64,000 bases of DNA from Planctomycetota bacterium. Its GTDB lineage: Bacteria; Planctomycetota; B15-G4; JADJEK01. The notes under the pieces were generated by a model, which did no database searches, had not been told where the DNA came from, and worked only from the letters and a program-made list of their open reading frames with translations. Positions 38,542-48,625 of the stretch are shown piece by piece. The position numbers were made by a program, and so were the translations under genes. Position 1 is the first letter of the stretch. Every line of letters starts with the position of its first letter. The DNA lies in the NCBI GenBank assembly GCA_044225365.1, contig JBGAIQ010000004.1:64001-128000 (forward strand), in the 5' to 3' direction.

Positions 38542-40881
38542 TCATCCCCGCACTCTACCGAGACGCTTGTCCACGTCGGCGGCGAAGCGCTGGATGCCCT
38601 TCAAGACCCACGGCCACGTGAGGTGCGACTCGTCGAGGATCTCGTCGACGCTGCCGCCCGTGCGCCACCGATCGTCGTAGTCGGGCGAGAGCGTGTACTC
38701 CTCGCAGACCTTGTTCGCGTACCAGTCGTGCATCGAACGGCGCGCGTTGTTCGTCACGCACATCGAATTCTGCCACTCGGTCCAGGGCAGCACGCGATCG
38801 CGATACTCCTGCGACTGCTGGTCGAAGAGATGCCGGCTCGGCGCCGCGACGAACTTCACGTTCGGGAGTTCGTCCCTGTGGTCCTTCAGGAGTTCGAAAG
38901 CCGCCTTCACGGGGCTCGTGCCGCGGAAGATCACGGTGCCGGCGCGCGGGCCCTTCTTGTCGTCGAAGTCCTTCAGCACGTACGCGCCCTTCGCCGCAGC
39001 GAGGTAGCTGTCGGAGCCGAGCGCCTCCCGATCCGGTGTCGTGACGTTGGGTCGCGTGAGGTGGAGGGCGATGATCGCGACCTTCGAGTTCGCCTCGCTC
39101 ATCGCCGCCGCGAGCAGCGTGACCGTCTCGTTGTAGTCGAAGGGATGCAGATCGATCGCATGACCCTTGGGGAAGAGATCGAGCACGCCCGGGGAGTAGA
39201 TGCCGAAATGGGTGCGGCTGTCCTCGGCCGTTTCGGGGCCGGAGTGGCCCGCGACCCAGATCGTGCGACCGACCTTCAACTGGCTGTCCTGCGCGAGCTG
39301 GGAGAAGAGGCGCATCGGGCCGTACTTCAGGTACGAGAACGAGCCATAGGTCGCGCACGCGGTGTAGTAGCCGACGAAGTCCTTCTCGGGAGTCGAAGAG
39401 AAGTTCACGGACGACGCACCCACCATCATCGCGGAGTTCGCGAACTCGGTGATCTGCTGCGGAATGAGGCAGCCCTCGCGATGCGTGTTCCGCTCGTACC
39501 AGTCGAAGCCCTTGAAGTCGCCGTAGGCCTTCGCAAAGCCCGCGATGTTCGTCGACTCGGCGAGGTCGGCGGCGCAGACGAGGAACAACGGACGGCCCGC
39601 GACATCGGCGGCGATCGCGTTGACGTAGGCGCCCCAATTGCCGAATCCCTGCCGGTTCGGAGCCTGCGTGCCGGGCGCGAGGAACAAGTCCTTCGGGTAC
39701 TTCGTGATGTCGGTGATGCGCGGGTCCTTCGCGGGGTCCTTCGCGCGGCTGAAGCGAATCGTCGAGTCCTGCGTCGGAACGGCTTCCGCCGTCTTCACGA
39801 GCTGACCCGCGATGAACTTCACGAGGTCCTTGTCACGCGAAAGGACGTCGAGGACGATCTCGATGTTCGCTTTCGTCTGCGCCCGGAATTCCTTCGCGTC
39901 CTTGGGAGCCGCTTCGCCGAAGCCGACGAACTTCACGCCGTACTTGTCCTGGAAGGGCGCTTTCGTGCGCCAGAACACATCGCTGTTCGGCTTGTGCGCG
40001 GTGCCGTGAGACTTGTAGCCCTCGACCTCCTTGCCGTAGCCGCGACCCTTCGTGTTCTTCGCCCATACCATTCCCGGGCGACCGTTCTTGTTCGCGTCGT
40101 TGAGGATCGTGCGATAGGCCGCGATCACCTGCGTGAAGTCTTCCCCCTGCTCCGCGCCGGCGACGCGCCATCCGTAGGGCTCGAACCACGATTTCGGGTC
40201 GCCGTGCACCAGGGCAGAATGCGAGGGATGGTCGATTCCGTGGTTGTTCCAGTCGAGGACGACGACGAAGTTTTCGAGGCCGAGACCCCACGACGCGTTC
40301 TTCATCTCGTGGACGCCGCCCGCCGAGAGGCCGCCTTCACCATCCATCGCGAAGACGTTCACGTCGCGAGCGCCAGAATGCAACAGCGCGAGCGCCTCGC
40401 CGGCCGCGGAGGGCAACCCGTGACCCGACGGCCCCGTGTTCCACTTCACGAAGAGCGTCTTGCCCTCCATCTCGGCGTGGCCCGGAAGTCCCTTGTTGCG
40501 CCGGAAGTCGAGAAGGTCCATCGCGGTGAGCACGCGATGGGCGTCGGCGGAGAGTTGGAACCGAGCGTCGCCGCTCTGGGAGTGCGCGGCCCGCATCGCC
40601 TCGTTCAGGAGGGCGAGGACCGAGTACAGCATCGGCGTGCAGTGACCCGCACCGAGCACGAATCGATCCCCGAACGAGAGTCCGGGTTGCCGGATATCGA
40701 AGCGCATCGCGCCTGACAACAGCAGACTCGTCATCAAGTGGACTTTCGACCGCGACCCGCCCGGATGCCCGCTCTGGCGGTGATTCAAGGTCAGGTCGAT
40801 GAGTTGATCGACGAGGTCCTTGGTCTTCTCGAAGTGCGGGAGGGCTGCCTTCAGCTCGGCGTCGGAGAGGATATTTCGCAT
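38542..40881 (-). CDS. tkt: Transketolase (divergent single-chain type)
   Basis: SGHPGGS, DRFVLGAGH, LPGHAE, NTGPSGHG, DGEG...WNN ThDP motif, ADLAES, ITEF, HSGPETAEDSRTH. Confidence 0.85.
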   Translation of the reverse strand: MRNILSDAELKAALPHFEKTKDLVDQLIDLTLNHRQSGHPGGSRSKVHLMTSLLLSGAMRFDIRQPGLSFGDRFVLGAGHCTPMLYSVLALLNEAMRAAHSQSGDARFQLSADAHRVLTAMDLLDFRRNKGLPGHAEMEGKTLFVKWNTGPSGHGLPSAAGEALALLHSGARDVNVFAMDGEGGLSAGGVHEMKNASWGLGLENFVVVLDWNNHGIDHPSHSALVHGDPKSWFEPYGWRVAGAEQGEDFTQVIAAYRTILNDANKNGRPGMVWAKNTKGRGYGKEVEGYKSHGTAHKPNSDVFWRTKAPFQDKYGVKFVGFGEAAPKDAKEFRAQTKANIEIVLDVLSRDKDLVKFIAGQLVKTAEAVPTQDSTIRFSRAKDPAKDPRITDITKYPKDLFLAPGTQAPNRQGFGNWGAYVNAIAADVAGRPLFLVCAADLAESTNIAGFAKAYGDFKGFDWYERNTHREGCLIPQQITEFANSAMMVGASSVNFSSTPEKDFVGYYTACATYGSFSYLKYGPMRLFSQLAQDSQLKVGRTIWVAGHSGPETAEDSRTHFGIYSPGVLDLFPKGHAIDLHPFDYNETVTLLAAAMSEANSKVAIIALHLTRPNVTTPDREALGSDSYLAAAKGAYVLKDFDDKKGPRAGTVIFRGTSPVKAAFELLKDHRDELPNVKFVAAPSRHLFDQQSQEYRDRVLPWTEWQNSMCVTNNARRSMHDWYANKVCEEYTLSPDYDDRWRTGGSVDEILDESHLTWPWVLKGIQRFAADVDKRLGRVRG

Positions 40882-40949
40882 CCCGTCTATTTGAGCGACC
40901 CGACGCGATCAGGTCGAGCGTCCGGTCGCGGGGGGCGCCCCGGCAGATC

Positions 40950-41054
40950 GGCGGTCACGGACCGCGTCCGCCGCCGCCGTTTTGCAAGTCGGCGGACACG
41001 GATCGCAGCCGCCGCCGCCGGAACCGGCGGACACGGATCGCAGCCGCCGCCGCC
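40950..41054. repeat. Three copies of the GGCGGCGGCGG...CCGCC REP-like unit (reverse orientation)
   Basis: 40950-40978, 40991-41019 and 41026-41054 match the reverse complement of the 19.8-kb unit. Confidence 0.88.
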
Positions 41055-41057
41055 GAC

Positions 41058-41993
41058 TTAGCAGCGCGCGTGCTGGGGGACGATGAGTTCGCCCTCGTCG
41101 AGCGATCCGCCCGCCCCGTCGAGGAGCGTCCCGCAGATCATCAGGTACTCGGGAGAGACGAGGGTCGTTGGGCGGAAGCGCGAGCCGCGGAACTTGTCCG
41201 GGCAGAAGTGGAGCACGACGTGCTCGAAGGCTTCGCTCGTTCCCTCGCTGATGGAAGCGATGATCGAATTCAGTTCGGGCAGAGTCGGCGCGATGACATC
41301 GAACAGCGCGAGTGCGCCGTCCTGGATCTCGAAAGCGACGATCGTGTCGAGCGCGGGCAGATGTGCAAGACGCAGGAAGCCGCCGGTCTCCATGATCTCA
41401 TTCAGCATGAACAGATCGACGCCTTCGCGCGCCATCGCGAGGCGATTCGAGAGCGCTTCGCGCAAGGCGAACTTGCGTCGAAACAACTCGACGTCCGCGG
41501 GTCGACGATGATCGAGCGCGCGCATCGGACTCACGGAAAGCGGTGGGCCTCGAGGATCGAGAAGTTCGTACGTGACCTGCTCGACGACTCGGAATCCGAA
41601 CTTCCGATAGAGGTCGGGTTCGAGCGTGAAGAGCGCTACCGCGTCGAACTCGCGATCGCACTGCGCGAGCGCCGACTCCATCACCTGCCGCATGAATCCG
41701 CGGCCCTGGAAGAGGGGATGCGTGCAGACCGCATGAATGCCGGCCACTCGCAGCCGACGCCCGGCATACATCCACGGCATCACCATCACGCCGGCGTGCG
41801 CAACGGGCATCTCCGCGGTCGGTGCGAAGTGAGCCGTCGACAGCTCGTGCCAACGCAGTCCGATACGCTCCGCCTCGAGGACGGAGTCCGAAACACCGGG
41901 CCACGCGGTCTCGAGCAGACCTCGCAACCGCGGCGCGTGAGGGGCGAATACGGAGGCCCCTCCACTCGATTTCGGTGGGTGCGTCAGTGTCAT
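41058..41993 (-). CDS. GNAT-family N-acetyltransferase
   Basis: VAGIHAVCTHPLFQGRGFMRQVM, LFTLEPDLYRKFGF. Confidence 0.85.
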   Translation of the reverse strand: MTLTHPPKSSGGASVFAPHAPRLRGLLETAWPGVSDSVLEAERIGLRWHELSTAHFAPTAEMPVAHAGVMVMPWMYAGRRLRVAGIHAVCTHPLFQGRGFMRQVMESALAQCDREFDAVALFTLEPDLYRKFGFRVVEQVTYELLDPRGPPLSVSPMRALDHRRPADVELFRRKFALREALSNRLAMAREGVDLFMLNEIMETGGFLRLAHLPALDTIVAFEIQDGALALFDVIAPTLPELNSIIASISEGTSEAFEHVVLHFCPDKFRGSRFRPTTLVSPEYLMICGTLLDGAGGSLDEGELIVPQHARC

Positions 41994-42130
41994 CGGTCTT
42001 CGACTACGGTTTCCGCACGCAACGAACACTACCGTCGGTTCGTCGCGGGCCGGATCCGATTCAGGCTGGATCTTCTATCGAGCGGAAGCGGAACGGGTCT
42101 TTAGGTTGGAAAAGCACCGAACCCGTGCCC

Positions 42131-43228
42131 TCACCAATGCGTGTGGAGCGCGGTGACGAACGAGTTCGAATATGCGAGCGGTAGGCGAGCTCGCGACGAG
42201 CGGAGGCTCAACTGCGGACGCGCGGCGAGAAGGAATTCGCGCGCGCTCGCGCTTGGGTAGGTCGTCTTCGCGTAATTGGTGAGAGACGCCGCGAGCACGT
42301 CGGCGCAGAGCGGGGTGAGGCCGGGAAGATCGTGAGGATCGAGTTCGGCCTCGACGGCGCGCCGCAGCGCTTCGGGATCGCCCTCGAGATCGGCGATCTT
42401 CAAGATGCGATCGGGCGCGACGATCGACCGCCCCGAACGGCCCGCTTCGACGCAGAGCGCATGGAGCCCTTCGTACCCGCGGCGCTCGATGATGCGCGTG
42501 ACGATGAAGTAGCCGACGCCGTAGAGCGGAGCGCCTTCATCATGGGTCGAACGTTCGAACACCTGATCGTCATCGAGGGCGAGTACTTCCGCGATCGATG
42601 GGATCGCCGCGGCCTTCACGCCGAGGCGCATTTCGTGAGTCTCGCTGCGAGTTCGATGCATCGCGTCCCGCGGCAATCGGAATTCGATCGTCGCGTCGAT
42701 TCCTCCGAACGCACCGCCGGCCTCGAGAAGTCGCCACGCTCGCAGCGTCGATTGCGAGTCGTCGACGACGTCGTAGGCAGCGTAGTCGCAGAGACCCTCC
42801 TCCAGCACTGCGGGCAACGAGTCCCAATCGCTGCCGAGCATGAGGTGCACCAGTTCGTGCGCGAGGTGCAGCTTCAGTTCGGCGTCCTCGTCGCGGAGAT
42901 AGATTCGCGACTGGGCGTACTCCGCCATTCCTGCGACGTGTTCTGGAAAGGGCTCGCCGCGAAACAGCTCGAGCTGCTTTTGCATCCAGACCTCGACCGG
43001 CCGATCGCGCATGCCCGGCATCAACTCGCGCAAGCGCGGCACGAGTTCCGCGAGCAAGTCCTCGGTGCTCCGGGCGCTCGCTTCGGATGCAGCGCGAACG
43101 ACCCCGAACTCGCTCTCCACCGCCTTGGGCGGTGGCTCCGCTCGACACGCGCCGACGGCACCCAAGGCGCAGGTGACGCCGAGCGCGAGAGCGAGGCGCC
43201 CCAGTCGGAGAAATCGAAGCTGCTTCAC
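42131..43228 (-). CDS. Putative lipoprotein zinc metallopeptidase (gluzincin-like)
   Basis: Lipobox-like AVGAC; LAHELVH followed by LEEGLCDY (HExxH...E). Confidence 0.65.
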   Translation of the reverse strand: MKQLRFLRLGRLALALGVTCALGAVGACRAEPPPKAVESEFGVVRAASEASARSTEDLLAELVPRLRELMPGMRDRPVEVWMQKQLELFRGEPFPEHVAGMAEYAQSRIYLRDEDAELKLHLAHELVHLMLGSDWDSLPAVLEEGLCDYAAYDVVDDSQSTLRAWRLLEAGGAFGGIDATIEFRLPRDAMHRTRSETHEMRLGVKAAAIPSIAEVLALDDDQVFERSTHDEGAPLYGVGYFIVTRIIERRGYEGLHALCVEAGRSGRSIVAPDRILKIADLEGDPEALRRAVEAELDPHDLPGLTPLCADVLAASLTNYAKTTYPSASAREFLLAARPQLSLRSSRARLPLAYSNSFVTALHTHW

Positions 43229-43360
43229 GCGGTACGTCCTGATGAGGATCGATCACGGCAGGTTGGCCGGGATGAACGATACGTCAACGGGAGGCTGCGC
43301 GCTGGATCTTATCTCGGACTCGAGTCCATTGTCGAGCGCCGACGAATTCGTTCCATCCTG

Positions 43361-43744
43361 CTACTCGTCTTCGTCGTCGTCGTCCTCACCATCGCTCAGC
43401 GAATCCTCCGAGGTGACTTCCTCCTCGTCGAGCGCGTCCTCGTCGTCGGAGAACTCGGTGTCCTTTCGCGCCCTGGGTCCGCGTTTCGATGGTTTCGATG
43501 CGGGTCGCTGCTCGACCTCCGAAGTCGGGAACGGCAGCGACGTGGATCTCTTCGGCGCGAGCGTTTTCGAGGCCGCGCTCTTCGCGGTGCGCGAGGACGC
43601 TTTGCGAGCGACTCCCGGCGACGACTTCTTGGCTCGCGCCGGGGATGCCGCCGTCGAGATCGTCGACTTCGGCTTCGTGGACTTCGTCGGGCCTCGGCTG
43701 CCTTTGTCGGTCTTGCGACTCGTGGCTGCAGTCGTCTTGCGCAT
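43361..43744 (-). CDS. Small disordered protein with basic N-terminus and acidic tail
   Basis: AGGAG RBS 8 nt before the ATG; K/R/S/T/A-rich ~95 aa, then a D/E-rich tail ending GEDDDDEDE. Confidence 0.65.
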   Translation of the reverse strand: MRKTTAATSRKTDKGSRGPTKSTKPKSTISTAASPARAKKSSPGVARKASSRTAKSAASKTLAPKRSTSLPFPTSEVEQRPASKPSKRGPRARKDTEFSDDEDALDEEEVTSEDSLSDGEDDDDEDE

Positions 43745-43964
43745 GGCTGCGTCTCCTGCGATCTGGGACTCCGGAAACCGTTCGAATGGCTCGAGGCGGC
43801 CGCAACATCGATGCCACTCGACGACAGGAGATCGGGACGCGCCGTCTTACCGGAACGGTCCTTCCCGGCGGCCGTGCAGTTGCGTCTCTTCCGACTCCAC
43901 ATCGCGAAGCGCCGATCCCGGCGCTCGGTTTGTGGTATCGGCCTCCGGCAAATGAAGAATTGCG

Positions 43965-45266
43965 ATGGACTCGAGCACAATCCTGCATTCGTCGAGCGCG
44001 CAGGAAGTCGCACATCGATACCGCGTCGTTCGTGCGACCACGACCGACCTCGCCGCGCCACTGACCGCGGAGGATCAATGCGTGCAGTCGATGCCGGACT
44101 GCTCTCCGACCCGCTGGCACCTCGGGCATACGACCTGGTTCTTCGAGTACTTCGTACTGCGAAGCCACCTGCGTTCGTACCGCGCATACGACGACCGTTA
44201 CGACGCGATCTTCAACTCCTACTACCGCTCGATCGGAACGCCGCTTCCCCGCACGTCCAGGGGCCTCCTCTCCCGCCCGTCCCTTCGTGACGTCCATTCC
44301 TATCGCGAACGAGTCGACGGCGCCATGGACCGCCTCCTCGCCGGTGCTTCGCTCCCGCCCGACATCCTCGCTCGCATCGAGATCGGCCTGCATCACGAAC
44401 GCCAGCACCAGGAGCTGATCCTCACGGACATCCTGCACGCCTTTGGTTCGAGCCCGCTGCGGCCGGCGTATCGGGATCGCCCGTCGACCGGGCTGCCGCC
44501 GCCGCGAACTCGGGAACCCTGCGAAGGGACGTGGATCGAACATCCAGGCGGAGAAGTGGAAGTAGGCGCCGATTCGGCGGCTGGCTTCGCGTTCGACAAC
44601 GAGTCGCCGCGTCACGCCGTCCGCCTCGACCCCTTCGCCATCGGATCGCGTCTCGTGACGAATGGCGAATTCCGCGAGTTCATGCAGGATGGCGGTTATC
44701 GCCGTCCTGATCTCTGGCTGTCGGATGGATGGGACTTCCTCTCGAAATCGGAACCTCGGATCGAGATGCCCCTCTACTGGCGGAGCGAGGATCCGCGCAC
44801 GCTCGGCTTCACGCTCGATGGCGAAATCCTCCTCGAGCCCGAAAGTCCGGTCGCGCACGTCAGTTTCTACGAAGCCGACGCCTACGCCCGCTGGCGCGGT
44901 TGCCGGCTGCCGACCGAATTCGAATGGGAAGCGATCGCTTCAGCTCTTCCGATTCGCGGCAACTTCCTCGAGTCCGGTCTAATGCGCGCGGCGGCCGCCG
45001 AACCGTCTCACGCGAATGGACCGGCACAACTCTACGGCGATTTGTGGGAATGGACGCAGAGCGCGTACCTGCCTTACCCGCGTTTCAAGCCGCGCGCAGA
45101 CGCGCTCGGGGAGTACAACGGCAAATTCATGTGCAACCAGATGGTGCTGCGTGGAGGATCCTTCGCCACTCCCCTCGCCTCGATGCGCTCGACCTACCGT
45201 AATTTCTTCCCGCCGGCGACGCGATGGCAGTTCTCCGGCATCCGGCTTGCGAGCGACCGCGCATGA
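43965..45266 (+). CDS. egtB: Ergothioneine biosynthesis sulfoxide synthase EgtB
   Basis: QSMPDCSPTRWHLGHTTWFFE, HHERQHQELILTD, FDNESPRH, RLPTEFEWE, GEYNGKFM, RNFF. Confidence 0.95.
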   Translation: MDSSTILHSSSAQEVAHRYRVVRATTTDLAAPLTAEDQCVQSMPDCSPTRWHLGHTTWFFEYFVLRSHLRSYRAYDDRYDAIFNSYYRSIGTPLPRTSRGLLSRPSLRDVHSYRERVDGAMDRLLAGASLPPDILARIEIGLHHERQHQELILTDILHAFGSSPLRPAYRDRPSTGLPPPRTREPCEGTWIEHPGGEVEVGADSAAGFAFDNESPRHAVRLDPFAIGSRLVTNGEFREFMQDGGYRRPDLWLSDGWDFLSKSEPRIEMPLYWRSEDPRTLGFTLDGEILLEPESPVAHVSFYEADAYARWRGCRLPTEFEWEAIASALPIRGNFLESGLMRAAAAEPSHANGPAQLYGDLWEWTQSAYLPYPRFKPRADALGEYNGKFMCNQMVLRGGSFATPLASMRSTYRNFFPPATRWQFSGIRLASDRA

Positions 45267-46237
45267 CCACTTCGACGATACGACCTTCGTTCATCGATCT
45301 GCGGGCCGCACCCGTCGATTTGAACGAGGAGATCCTGGCTGGACTCCTCGCGCCTCATAAGTCACTCCCTAGCAAGTTGCTCTACGATGCCGTCGGCTCT
45401 GCCTTGTTCGAGCAGATCGTAGAATGCCCGGAATATTATCTCGCCCGCGCCGAGCTCTCCATCCTGGCGAACAGTGGCACCTCCATCGCGGAAAGGATCG
45501 GACCGCGCGCGACCATCATCGAATATGGAATCGGGAGCGGCACGAAGACCCGATCCTTGCTGTCGGCCTTGCGCGACCCTCATTCTTATATTGCAATCGA
45601 TTTCGACCCGCTGACCCTCGTGAAGTCGACGAAGGAGCTCGCAACGGCGTTTCCAGGCCTCGAGATCCTCGCGGTTTGCGCAGATTGGAATCAACCCCTC
45701 GATCTTCGCTCCATTGCGAGCGGGGCGGACGAACGCCGTCGGGTGGGGTTCTTTCCGGGATCGACGATCGGAAACCTGACGATGCCGGAGGCGCGTCGCT
45801 TCCTGGAAAGCGTCGCCGCCGTCGTGGGCGAGGGCGGCGGACTCCTCGTCGGAATCGACTTGAAGAAATCCAGCGCCATTCTCGAACTCGCTTACAACGA
45901 TTCGCAAGGCATCACCGCGGCGTTCAACAAGAACATCTTGAGTCATGTGAACACGTTGGTCGGAGCCGACTTCGATATCGACAGGTTCGAACACATCGCC
46001 ATCTTCGACGATCTGCGCTCGTGCGTGGAAATGCACTTGATCAGTCTCGCGGCGCAGACGGTGCATGTCGATCGACATGCCATCGAATTCCGAGTTGGAG
46101 AGTCCATCCATACGGAAACGTGCATGAAGTGGGATGCGGGTCGATTCGAAGCGTTTGCCGCGGAATCGGGTTTTGCGGTCGAGGGTCGCTGGACCGACGA
46201 GCAAGAGTTGTTCGCGGTGATGCTCCTCGTTCATTGA
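45263..46237 (+). CDS. egtD: Histidine N-alpha-trimethyltransferase EgtD
   Basis: KSLPSKLLYDAVGSALFEQI...PEYY, EYGIGSGTKT, FFPGSTIGN, AYNDSQGITAAFNKN, IHTE; ATGA overlap with egtB. Confidence 0.93.
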   Translation: MTTSTIRPSFIDLRAAPVDLNEEILAGLLAPHKSLPSKLLYDAVGSALFEQIVECPEYYLARAELSILANSGTSIAERIGPRATIIEYGIGSGTKTRSLLSALRDPHSYIAIDFDPLTLVKSTKELATAFPGLEILAVCADWNQPLDLRSIASGADERRRVGFFPGSTIGNLTMPEARRFLESVAAVVGEGGGLLVGIDLKKSSAILELAYNDSQGITAAFNKNILSHVNTLVGADFDIDRFEHIAIFDDLRSCVEMHLISLAAQTVHVDRHAIEFRVGESIHTETCMKWDAGRFEAFAAESGFAVEGRWTDEQELFAVMLLVH

Positions 46238-46338
46238 GAGCCACGTGCGGGACGCACTCCGGCGGCGGCACATGCTGTGCGTCGTGATCCACGAGCCCGC
46301 CTGACCATCCGATTCCTCCAGACTCCGAGATTCTACAA

Positions 46339-47127
46339 ATGAACCGTTCGCTATTCGCCTCGTCGCTCCTCATCGCCTCCATTACGAGTGGCGTCGCGCT
46401 CGCTCAGGACACTCCGAAGAACCCGCCGTCGAATCCTTCCAAGTCCGATCCGTCGAGGATCGACACGCAGAACCGCAAGTACAGCGGCGCGATGCGCAAC
46501 GATGCGATCCTCGCGTCCCTGCTCCTCGTCGACAACGAAGCGGAAATCGCCCTCGCGCAGCTCGCGAAGGAACGCGCCACCGACAAGGACGTGAAGGAAT
46601 TCGCCGCGAAGATGATCGAGGATCACACGCAGTTCGGCACGAAACTCCAGGCATGCTGCGCCGCCGACGCATTGAACGATACGGGCCGCGCGAATCGTGA
46701 TGTGCCCGCGAGCACGGACGCTCCGAACCATCCATCGACTCCATCGACGACGGGCAACCCCGCCGACGACGCCAAGAGGGTGGGCGCTCAGGATCGGACG
46801 AGCGAGAAGATGCTCGATTCGCCCGCCGACCACATCGCCATGTTCAAGGAGCTCGGCGCCAAGTGCCTCGAATCCTCGAAGCGCATGTTGATGGAGAAGA
46901 ACGGCGCGGACTTCGATCGCTGCTACATGGGCATGCAGGTCGGCATGCATCAACACGTCCTCGATTCGCTCGACGTGTTCCAGAAGTACGCCTCCCCGAC
47001 GCTGCAGGAGGTCCTCACCACCGGTTCGCAGACGGTGAAGATGCACCTGACGCATGCGAAGGAGATCGCGAGCCGATTCGAGACCTCGAAGGCGGCGGCG
47101 AAACCGGGCGAGCCCAAGAGCAACTGA
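46339..47127 (+). CDS. Secreted DUF4142-family protein
   Basis: Signal peptide; NEAEIALAQLAKERATDKDVKEFAAKMIEDH; GADFDRCYMGMQVGMH. Confidence 0.8.
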   Translation: MNRSLFASSLLIASITSGVALAQDTPKNPPSNPSKSDPSRIDTQNRKYSGAMRNDAILASLLLVDNEAEIALAQLAKERATDKDVKEFAAKMIEDHTQFGTKLQACCAADALNDTGRANRDVPASTDAPNHPSTPSTTGNPADDAKRVGAQDRTSEKMLDSPADHIAMFKELGAKCLESSKRMLMEKNGADFDRCYMGMQVGMHQHVLDSLDVFQKYASPTLQEVLTTGSQTVKMHLTHAKEIASRFETSKAAAKPGEPKSN

Positions 47128-47287
47128 TTCAGAGCATTCGTATCCATTCCGATCGAGCTCGCGAGCGTCTCTCCGCACGAAAGTGGGGTGAGACGCTCGC
47201 CCGCTCGCATGCCGTAATCGTCGCTCCTGGGATCGTTTCTCGCTCGATGCACTTCACAAATGCCCGACGCCATGGAAGGATCGGGGC

Positions 47288-48544
47288 ATGTGGAAGTTTC
47301 GATCGTCGACCTCACTCGTTTCCGGCTTCTTCCTTCTCGCATCGACGGCCCTGGGTGCGGAGCGACCCAAGCGGCAGCCGTCCGAGGGCGGGGAGTGGAA
47401 AGTCGAGGTCTCCGTCGTCGCGAGCCAGCTCGCGATCCCGACCGGGACCGCGCGCGGGTTCGTCTGGATGCAGAACGAGGGCAGTCGCAAGTACGTCGGC
47501 GGCTCGACTCTCGCGCTCCACACGCAAAAAGGCGATCTCGCGTTCGCGGAGCCGTCGTTCCAGCTCGATGCCGATGAAGAGCCGAAGGGCGCGAAGGAGT
47601 CACTCCCGAGCGGCGGCCCGAGTCAGGAGCAGTTGCTGCGCACCCTCACGACCTCCGACCTCTCGCTGCTGCCCGTCCGGGCCCTGCAGTTCCATCACAT
47701 GACCTTCGAGAGCGCGAAGCACACGGCGACCAAGTCCGTGAAGGCCGAGGGACAGAAAGTCGATTGGACGGACGATCGACTCGGCGCCACGCGCATCGCT
47801 GGCACGTCCTACGACGAGTACTTCTCCCGCTGCGTTCGACGCTTCGAAGGCACCGAGTACGAGATCCGCGATTACGTCTTCACTGCGGAGTACGACAGCC
47901 CGAAGAACAGCGAGCACTACGTCGCATTCAGCCGCGGGTATCGCGCGATCCTCCATCCGTCGCTTCCTGCCGCCGACGGCACACGTCCCGATGGCGGGCT
48001 CCTGCTCCTCGTCCGCTTCTCCGCGACCCGCCTCGAGTGGGACAAGAACATGGGCAAGGGCGAGCCCGTGATCGACGCAGGAGACGAAGCGAGTCTGGCG
48101 AAGACCGGCGAGGAGTGGGTGCAGGACGGACTCCTGCGGACGCTCGATTCCGACGGGATCGGAGACCCGTTCGACAGTCCCACGATCGCGATCCTGCGAG
48201 CGATGGGATCGTTCGACGCGGCCGCCGCGAAACGCGTCACCTCGATGACGAGTCCCAAGCCGCTCGCGATCATCGTCCCGCTCCTCGTCGAGAAGAAGCT
48301 CGAGGTCGACGGCACGAAGTTCAAGCGGCTCTACTCCGACTGCGACGATCCCGTGTATCGCACGCTCTATGCTGCGGGCGCGCAACTCGGAGGTAAGGGC
48401 GATCCTTCGTTCAAGGAAGAGGCCGCGTTCGCAGCGTCGTCCAAGGATCCCCGTGTCCTGCGCGCCGCGCGCGCGCTCGCGAGCGCCCTCTCCGATACGG
48501 CGCTGGTCGCGAAGATCGACGCCGCACTCGGCACGAAGAAGTGA
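47288..48544 (+). CDS. Secreted hypothetical protein
   Basis: Signal peptide, protein-like composition, fills the gap between neighbours; helical C-terminus; no family recognised. Confidence 0.65.
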   Translation: MWKFRSSTSLVSGFFLLASTALGAERPKRQPSEGGEWKVEVSVVASQLAIPTGTARGFVWMQNEGSRKYVGGSTLALHTQKGDLAFAEPSFQLDADEEPKGAKESLPSGGPSQEQLLRTLTTSDLSLLPVRALQFHHMTFESAKHTATKSVKAEGQKVDWTDDRLGATRIAGTSYDEYFSRCVRRFEGTEYEIRDYVFTAEYDSPKNSEHYVAFSRGYRAILHPSLPAADGTRPDGGLLLLVRFSATRLEWDKNMGKGEPVIDAGDEASLAKTGEEWVQDGLLRTLDSDGIGDPFDSPTIAILRAMGSFDAAAAKRVTSMTSPKPLAIIVPLLVEKKLEVDGTKFKRLYSDCDDPVYRTLYAAGAQLGGKGDPSFKEEAAFAASSKDPRVLRAARALASALSDTALVAKIDAALGTKK

Positions 48545-48625
48545 ACTCCTCGAGCGAAGCAGCGCTTCAGGGACGCTCGTCTCGTCCGTGAAGCGCCGTT
48601 CGCATCGTCTCGCTCTCGGGTCGGA

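Noticed and set aside
45263-46237. Possible horizontal acquisition of egtD (looks slightly more AT-rich)
   Set aside because: Not quantified, no mobility genes or boundary repeats, and egtBD coupling is ordinary.
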